Below, piece after piece: positions 27,471 to 32,000 of a DNA stretch of 32,000 bases; position 1 is the stretch's first letter, and each line of letters opens with the position of its first letter. A model generated the notes under the pieces. It was given only the letters and a program-made list of their open reading frames with translations. It was not told the DNA's origin and made no database searches. Made by a program: the position numbers and the translations under genes. Origin of the DNA: Halomicrobium mukohataei DSM 12286 (GTDB lineage Archaea; Halobacteriota; Halobacteria; Halobacteriales; Haloarculaceae); contig NC_013202.1 in assembly GCF_000023965.1 (NCBI RefSeq), positions 2,430,001-2,462,000 on the forward strand. The letters run 5' to 3'.

Positions 27471-27969
27471 CGGATCCGACCCGACGGCTGTTGCGGACGC
27501 GCTTGACGCAGCAATCGACGCGTTCAACGAAGCAGGACACGGCGTCCCGACGCGTGAAACCGCGATCGACACTGACACTGACTGGAAGACACAACTCACG
27601 AAATCCTGCCGGCTTCTCGCTGCAACCGACCACCTCGCCGGAAATGGATACTACACCGCAACCATTGAGCTGTGTTTTGGAGCCACGGAACGCTCTGTTG
27701 AAGCATACGCGTTAGCTGAAGGTGGCGACGAACTCCGCGACTTCCACGACCACACGCACTGCTACGACCGCGCCGCCACACTCGGACTCCTCACCCGAGA
27801 CACGATAGCTGATCTCAAAGATCTATACGACACCAACCGCACAGGCAGTTACTACGGCGGCCGCCGTCCCACCGAGCAACAAGCTACGACGATGCGTCGC
27901 CTCTCTGAATCACTTCACACTCACGTCACCAACCAAATCCGCGAAGGTGGTGTCTGCATCTGTGATTAG
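27463..27969 (+). CDS. HEPN-domain-like protein, partner of the nucleotidyltransferase
   Basis: ATG 27463 overlaps the upstream stop by 8 nt. All-helical protein with a HEPN-like pattern (LLAATDHLAGNGYYTATIELCFGATERSVEAYAL ... LYDTNRTGSYYGG...). Confidence 0.6.
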   Translation: MSNGSDPTAVADALDAAIDAFNEAGHGVPTRETAIDTDTDWKTQLTKSCRLLAATDHLAGNGYYTATIELCFGATERSVEAYALAEGGDELRDFHDHTHCYDRAATLGLLTRDTIADLKDLYDTNRTGSYYGGRRPTEQQATTMRRLSESLHTHVTNQIREGGVCICD

Positions 27970-28066
27970 GTTCCATACCACTGTACGATGGATCAGAAAA
28001 CAATTCTCAACGTGGTTGATTCAGACTAAGAGGATCGACCTTCCGCTCAGTAAGTATAGTTGTGAG

Positions 28067-28385
28067 GTAGTGTTCAGATAAGCCGCTGCATCTTCTGAGT
28101 TGTAGACACCGAAAGCCCTCGGCACGCTCCGGGGTTCTGTGGCGGATATCCTCACACTGTTCGGATAGTGCCGCCGCAGAACCCCGGACCGCACCTCGCC
28201 CTTTCATCCGCCAGGATTCGGCTGTTTACCGGTCTAAACCCTGGCGGATGAAAGGGCGAGTACAGTTGCGGGAACCCCGACGATGCAAGCACGCGAAGCG
28301 CGCGCAGCGAGTCGCGGGACCGCAACTGCACGAGGGCTTTCGGTGCTTCAGACTGCCTGCACCGATCTCTTATCTGAACACCGCC
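28067..28385. mobile_element. MITE-like non-autonomous element with terminal inverted repeats and a 9-bp target-site duplication
   Basis: Terminal IR GTGTTCAGATAAG (28070-28082) / CTTATCTGAACAC (28369-28381). Flanking direct repeat AGTTGTGAG at 28058-28066 and 28386-28394. No ORF. The interior is a set of nested hairpins. Confidence 0.7.
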
Positions 28386-28686
28386 AGTTGTGAGTAGGCG
28401 AAACATATTACTTAGCCATGCTTAATCCGACGCCGGTTAAGTAGACAACTATGGATGAAGCTGACAGAGAGAAAATCGAGGTATACGAGAAACATCGACA
28501 TAGTGAAAAGACGGAGAAAGAAGTACGAGAGTCGCTCGGTGACGACGTAGTAGAGAGAATGTAGAGGGAAGTGGAAGAATTTGAATCAGCGATGGAACTC
28601 GATACGAGTATGTTCATTAGCTGCGACGACAGTAACTAAGGATCAGCACAGAGGAGCACACCATCTATCTGCATGACCGGTTGAGT

Positions 28687-29429
28687 GGCACTGTCTAGTT
28701 CTTGACCTCCTGAGCTGGCGTTCGTCCGCCGAGTGCTTGGTTCGGCCGTTCGTAGTTGCAGTGGTGTCTGAAGCGTCGTAACCATTGTCTGGCGCTCGAT
28801 TGACTGCCCCGCTAATACGTGTGGAAGCGGTCGATTTGCATGGTGACGGTCTGGAACCACTTTTCGATGTGGTTCCGAGTACGCTAGTCGAGCCGACCGC
28901 TCAATTCGTGACGCGCGAGGGCAGTCAGATAGCCACCAGCATCGACGAGAAACTCTGTATTGGCGAGATCGTGTTTCTCGGTGAGGCGGTGCAGAAACGC
29001 CGCTACGAGATCAGTGCCACGGCGACTGAACACGTCGATTTCGAGCAGTAGCTTTGAGTCGGTATCGATCGCGGCGTAGAGCTACTGTTTCTCGCCGTCA
29101 ACCTCGATTTGTTTCTCGTCGACCGCGACCCGCGACGGCGCTGCCGTCGGCGGCTCGCTCTGTGCTTCGGACAGCGTGTGAACCCAATTCCAGACCGCAC
29201 CGTGAGAGCGGTCGACACCCAACAACTCCAAAATGGCGACCGTCTCCCTGATCGACAGTCCCGCCGTGTGGAGACGCACCCCAAACTGCCGGACAGATGT
29301 CGGGGTCCACTCGTTCTCCCAAACGTCTTGACTCTCTTCGTATAACGTTTCTCTGAGCAGGTCTGCGAGTTCCATGAACAGTTCTCGCTACGGCCTGCTC
29401 GTCCCTCAATCCCTCAACTAGACAGTGCC
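28687..29429 (-). mobile_element. IS6-family insertion sequence (inactive copy)
   Basis: 14-bp terminal inverted repeats GGCACTGTCTAGTT (28687-28700) / AACTAGACAGTGCC (29416-29429) enclose a single DDE transposase frame. Confidence 0.8.
28695..29375 (-). pseudogene. IS6-family DDE transposase interrupted by three in-frame TAG codons
   Basis: My translation of the minus strand: MELADLL...VAVDEKQIEVDGEKQ*LYAAIDTDSKLLLEIDVFSRRGTDLVAAFLHRLTEKHDLANTEFLVDAGGYLTALARHELSGRLD*RTRNHIEKWFQTVTMQIDRFHTY*RGSQSSARQWLRRFRHHCNYERPNQALGGRTPAQEVKN*. The stops lie at 29082-29084, 28884-28886 and 28812-28814. Confidence 0.8.
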
Positions 29430-30142
29430 CTCTATATCCAACAGTGGAATTGGGACCACAATTTGGTAGCAGAATGTACCGCTGCTGAATAGACAGCGCA
29501 TATGCAGAACTAATTCGGCTTGATTTGCGACAGAGCGGTTACTCAAAACGACGTGGGCATCTCACACGGATTCACTCACGATGGCCTGGAACGGTTCTTC
29601 TACGTTCACTACAACCGGCGTTTTGCGTCCCAAATGTCTCGCTACTCGTGAAAGACGATTCGCTCGATTTTTCGACGAGGAAGGATTTCCACCCGATTGC
29701 TCGCTTCGCGGGATAGTCTGACGAATCCGCCCCGGAGCACTTCCACGCGCGTGAACTCACTTCTCTCCCGGTCACCTGCAAACGTCACCGTCGCCTCCTC
29801 GGCTGTGTGTGAGTCTGTCATTCGTTCAATCCTCTACGATGAGGGGACAGTTTCCAGCTATTTAGTATTCATCAGTGGTTGTGTGAAACCACTGATTTCA
29901 GATGCTGCATTCACCCTCTATATTCAGTACGCGGTTTCTGACACCATTACGGTAGCTCCCGTTGATTTCGAGCTACTAGTAGTTCTCAGGTGTTTTGACC
30001 ACACAGCCGGACAGGGACTCCACAGGAAACGGCGTTCATCAGCGTGGTTTTTCCTTCTCGGCGACGAGGATCTTGCCAACTGTGTCATCACTCAGTCAAT
30101 CAGAATCTTCATTTCCGTTCGGCGTCAACGCTGTCAACGAGG

Positions 30143-30373
30143 ATGTCGCATCAGGTACGACTCGAAGACGACGTGTACGAGCGTATCAAGGCGAGCAAAC
30201 GCGACGACGAGTCGTTCAGTGATGCGGTGGAACGGCTCATCGGTGGCCACTCGCTCCGAGACCTGCGTGATGTCTTCGACGACGAGCAGGTCAGTGAGAT
30301 GCGTGATGCAATCGATGCTGCCGATAGAGAGGACTGCGAAGAGGTTCGAGAGGTTGCGGAGCGCTTCGAATGA
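30143..30373 (+). CDS. vapB: VapB-type antitoxin (small acidic protein upstream of the PIN gene)
   Basis: ATG 30143 (MSHQVRLEDDVYERIKASKRDDESFSDAVERLI...). 76 aa. Its stop overlaps the PIN gene start (ATGA). Confidence 0.65.
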   Translation: MSHQVRLEDDVYERIKASKRDDESFSDAVERLIGGHSLRDLRDVFDDEQVSEMRDAIDAADREDCEEVREVAERFE

Positions 30374-30777
30374 TCGTTGATACGAGCTTCGTCCTAGATG
30401 TTATCGGCAATGTCGAGGCCGCCGTAACGAAAGAACGGGAACTCGAAGCAGAGAGCGTCCCGTTAGTAATCCCGTCAATGACGGTCTTAGAACTCTACAT
30501 CGGTGTCGGGAAGGTAGCGAACACTCGCCAAGAGCGTCAAGCGGTGGAAGCTGTACTCGATTCTTACCCGGTCATAGATATGACCCCGAGCATCTCCCGT
30601 CGCGCGGGGCGACTTCTCGGCGAGCGCATGGCGGAGACAAACGAGGACGAAGGACCTGGAATCGGGAAGGGAGACGCCACAATCGCAGCGACGGCTCTGG
30701 AGCGTGACGAACCGATTCTCACTGGCGACAGCCACTTCGAGAACATCCCGGGTATCACCGTCGAAACGTACCGGTGA
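30370..30777 (+). CDS. vapC: PIN-domain ribonuclease toxin (VapC)
   Basis: MIVDTSFVLD... (first acidic residue), ...VLELY..., ...GDATIAATAL... and ...ILTGDSHF... give PIN-type spacing of acidic residues. Confidence 0.8.
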   Translation: MIVDTSFVLDVIGNVEAAVTKERELEAESVPLVIPSMTVLELYIGVGKVANTRQERQAVEAVLDSYPVIDMTPSISRRAGRLLGERMAETNEDEGPGIGKGDATIAATALERDEPILTGDSHFENIPGITVETYR

Positions 30778-31003
30778 CATCGGTCCGCTAAGCGGAGTGT
30801 CTGTCTCGATATGTTGGACCAGAAATCGTCGCGATTTACCCCAGGTTAGTCCGAATATTCAGCACTATAGCGCCCGTTTCCGAAACGGGTTAATAAACAA
30901 CCGCGGTCAACCGAGATAACTTGGATCGGAATTCAGCCGGACTGAACGACTCATATATAAACTCCTTCGAACCCTGATGCTTGCCGCACTTTGACCCCTC
31001 GCG

Positions 31004-31038
31004 GGCAAGGACCAGGGTTCGAATCCCTGACGGAGCAT
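31004..31038 (+). repeat. attR: second copy of the 35-bp tRNA-Glu 3' segment
   Basis: Identical to 25469-25503. There is no D arm or 5' acceptor strand upstream, so it is not a second tRNA gene. Confidence 0.85.
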
Positions 31039-31188
31039 TACTTTCCCTTCGTCGTCGTGTGGTTATGAGTGGGTATAGTAGTCCTTAACCACCGGACACA
31101 CAGGGCAACTCGCTTCTGGTGAAATTGAGGTCCTGCTGCAGTCCTGCGATTCACCTCTTGGAAGTTGAAATGTGCGCCCGAAACACTA

Positions 31189-31513
31189 ACGACCGGCATC
31201 ATCCGGGGCAGTGCGCCCTGTCGACCGGCAAACCCTCGTGTCGGGCGGGTTGCGCGTAGCGCAACCGAGTGGTGAAGTGGTGCGTACCACTGAACCGGAA
31301 GGCGTGCAATGCCTCCATGTAGTGAGACGGCGTCAGCCGTCGAGTCGACTGTCGCGTGCCCGGGTTCGCCGCGCTGTCATCGTCCCGAAAGACGGGCCTC
31401 GGGCGGGGACAAAAGGCACGCAGTCGGTGCTAGTCCGTCGGAGGGGTAAGGGATTGCGGTCCGGCCGCGACCACTGCGGGGGATTCGTCCGGTTCGCTGT
31501 CGGTGCTGACCGG
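31189..31513 (+). ncRNA. Probable signal recognition particle (7S/SRP) RNA; ends approximate (about +/-15 nt)
   Basis: GC-rich, highly self-complementary region with no credible ORF. Alu-domain-like CCGGGGCAGUGCGCCCUGUCGACCGGCAAACC. Helix-8-like CUGAACC-GGAA-GGCGUGCAAU with a GNAR tetraloop. The 5' CGACCGGCAUC (31190-31200) can pair with the 3' GGUGCUGACCG (31502-31512). A TATA-like TTGAAATG lies about 25 nt upstream. Confidence 0.6.
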
Positions 31514-31565
31514 CGACCGTCGCCACGGGATAGACGATCCCGGTACACTGCTACGCTAATCAGTA

Positions 31566-32000
31566 TCAGACGGTGTACTCCGACTCGGCGAGCTGGACGT
31601 AGCCGCCGTCGCGGTACTGGTACTTGCGCCACTTGTAGCCGGCGACGGTCTTGAGCCCCAGCGTGCCGGCAGCCAGGGCCTGTCGCCACAGAGACCCGTC
31701 GACGGTCTGCATCGCATTGACGGTGGCGAACACGCGGTCCCAGGTCGTCGGATCGTATCCCTCGACCAGGTCGGCGAAGGCGACGTTGCGGAGGATCTCG
31801 GATTCGAGTGCGTCCTTCCAGGCGTCGTTGTAGCGGTCGAGCGCGTCCGTCGCGGCCAACTCACCGGCGATAGAGCCCGTTCGGACGGCGACGTGGTCTC
31901 CGCCCTCGTGGAAGGCGGAGGTCGCGCCCATCGCACCGCCGACGACGGCGACGTTCGCGTCGGTCGGCGAGTCGATCGGCCGGGTCGAAGAGATCGGGTA
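31566..32000 (-). CDS. FAD-dependent oxidoreductase, geranylgeranyl-reductase family (C-terminal part; 5' end beyond the window)
   Basis: The minus-strand frame is open to base 32000 (...PTDANVAVVGGAMGATSAFHEGGDHVAVRTGSIAGELAA...), resembling the GDAAG...G.I..A..SG..AA segment of GGR-family flavoproteins. Confidence 0.55.
   Translation of the reverse strand, partial: YPISSTRPIDSPTDANVAVVGGAMGATSAFHEGGDHVAVRTGSIAGELAATDALDRYNDAWKDALESEILRNVAFADLVEGYDPTTWDRVFATVNAMQTVDGSLWRQALAAGTLGLKTVAGYKWRKYQYRDGGYVQLAESEYTV

Larger units (their letters stand above)
25469..31038. mobile_element. Integrated genomic island/degenerate integrative element in tRNA-Glu
   Basis: Perfect 35-bp att repeats, an integrase remnant adjacent to the tRNA, TA-type modules, an IS and a MITE. 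The sequence is visibly AT-richer and more sparsely coding than the flanks. Confidence 0.8.

Noticed and set aside
28408-28617. 69-aa minus-strand Ser-rich ORF
   Set aside because: It is a low-complexity mirror image of a purine-rich (GAA/GAG) plus-strand stretch. The plus strand gives a more protein-like charged peptide, though that too is uncertain.
28451-29821. Cluster of in-frame TAG codons (three in the IS6 transposase, one each in two small ORFs) as evidence for amber-codon recoding in the island
   Set aside because: In the transposase the TAGs replace different residues (Trp, Tyr, Trp), each reachable by a single point mutation. The two small ORFs are themselves uncertain. No suppressor tRNA or Pyl machinery is visible, and intact island genes end with TAG, TGA or TAA normally. 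Mutational decay is the simpler explanation.
29697-30380. 227-aa plus-strand ORF spanning the gene-poor part of the island
   Set aside because: The product is Ser/Arg/Cys-rich and basic. It overlaps the well-formed vapB frame and has no plausible promoter spacing.
30964-31038. A second (possibly intron-containing) tRNA gene at the right end of the island
   Set aside because: Only the T arm and 3' acceptor strand, plus an anticodon-arm-like hairpin, are present. No D arm or 5' acceptor strand can be found upstream, so it is an att duplication.
31040-31560. Possibility that the structured GC-rich region is RNase P RNA
   Set aside because: I could not find the universally conserved GAGGAAAGUCC-type P4 element on either strand. 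The Alu-domain-like and GGAA-tetraloop helix-8-like motifs fit SRP RNA better. A covariance-model search is still needed.
31211-31654. 147-aa ORF across the region after attR
   Set aside because: The composition is Arg-rich and not protein-like, and the region has SRP-RNA-like motifs and extensive self-complementarity. I call it non-coding RNA instead.
1-32000. CRISPR arrays, rRNA genes, cas genes
   Set aside because: I saw no regularly spaced short direct repeats and no rRNA-like conserved segments on reading both strands. The only repeats are the att pair, the IS and MITE termini and the short motifs listed above.

Overview
The window looks like a haloarchaeal (class Halobacteria) chromosomal segment. 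This call is inferred from very GC-rich coding sequence, strongly acidic proteins, a Tat-type lipoprotein signal, HTH_10 and HalX domains, and TATA boxes about 25-30 nt upstream of start codons (leaderless style). It has three parts. (1) 1-25.4 kb is a densely packed core region. It holds an acyl-CoA ligase, an HTH_10 regulator, a five-gene Liv-type ABC transporter translationally coupled to a KAS-III-like thiolase-fold gene, a Gfo/Idh/MocA dehydrogenase, a J-domain membrane protein and menD. It also holds small RHH and UPF0058 genes, an Lrp-like regulator, an R2-like di-iron protein, a crotonase, the photolyase-SOD tandem, an MBL hydrolase, a HalX response regulator with a KaiC-like ATPase, a 1024-aa FAD/Fe-S oxidoreductase fusion and a membrane-anchored wHTH protein. 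(2) About 25.47-31.04 kb is the accessory part: an AT-richer element of roughly 5.6 kb integrated into tRNA-Glu(CUC) and bounded by a perfect 35-bp direct repeat. It carries a frameshifted and truncated tyrosine integrase, a wHTH-nucleotidyltransferase/HEPN pair, a 319-bp MITE-like element with a 9-bp target duplication and a strikingly branched hairpin architecture, a dead IS6-family copy, about 700 bp with no convincing genes, and a VapBC pair. (3) 31.04-32.0 kb holds a probable SRP (7S) RNA gene and the 3' end of a geranylgeranyl-reductase-family gene. I saw no CRISPR array and no rRNA. I consider the tRNA-Glu island and its contents (NTase/HEPN module, structured MITE-like RNA candidate) the most interesting part. 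The ABC-transporter/KAS-III-like locus and the HalX-RR/KaiC-like pair are secondary candidates. All function calls rest on motif recognition by eye; no database search was run.
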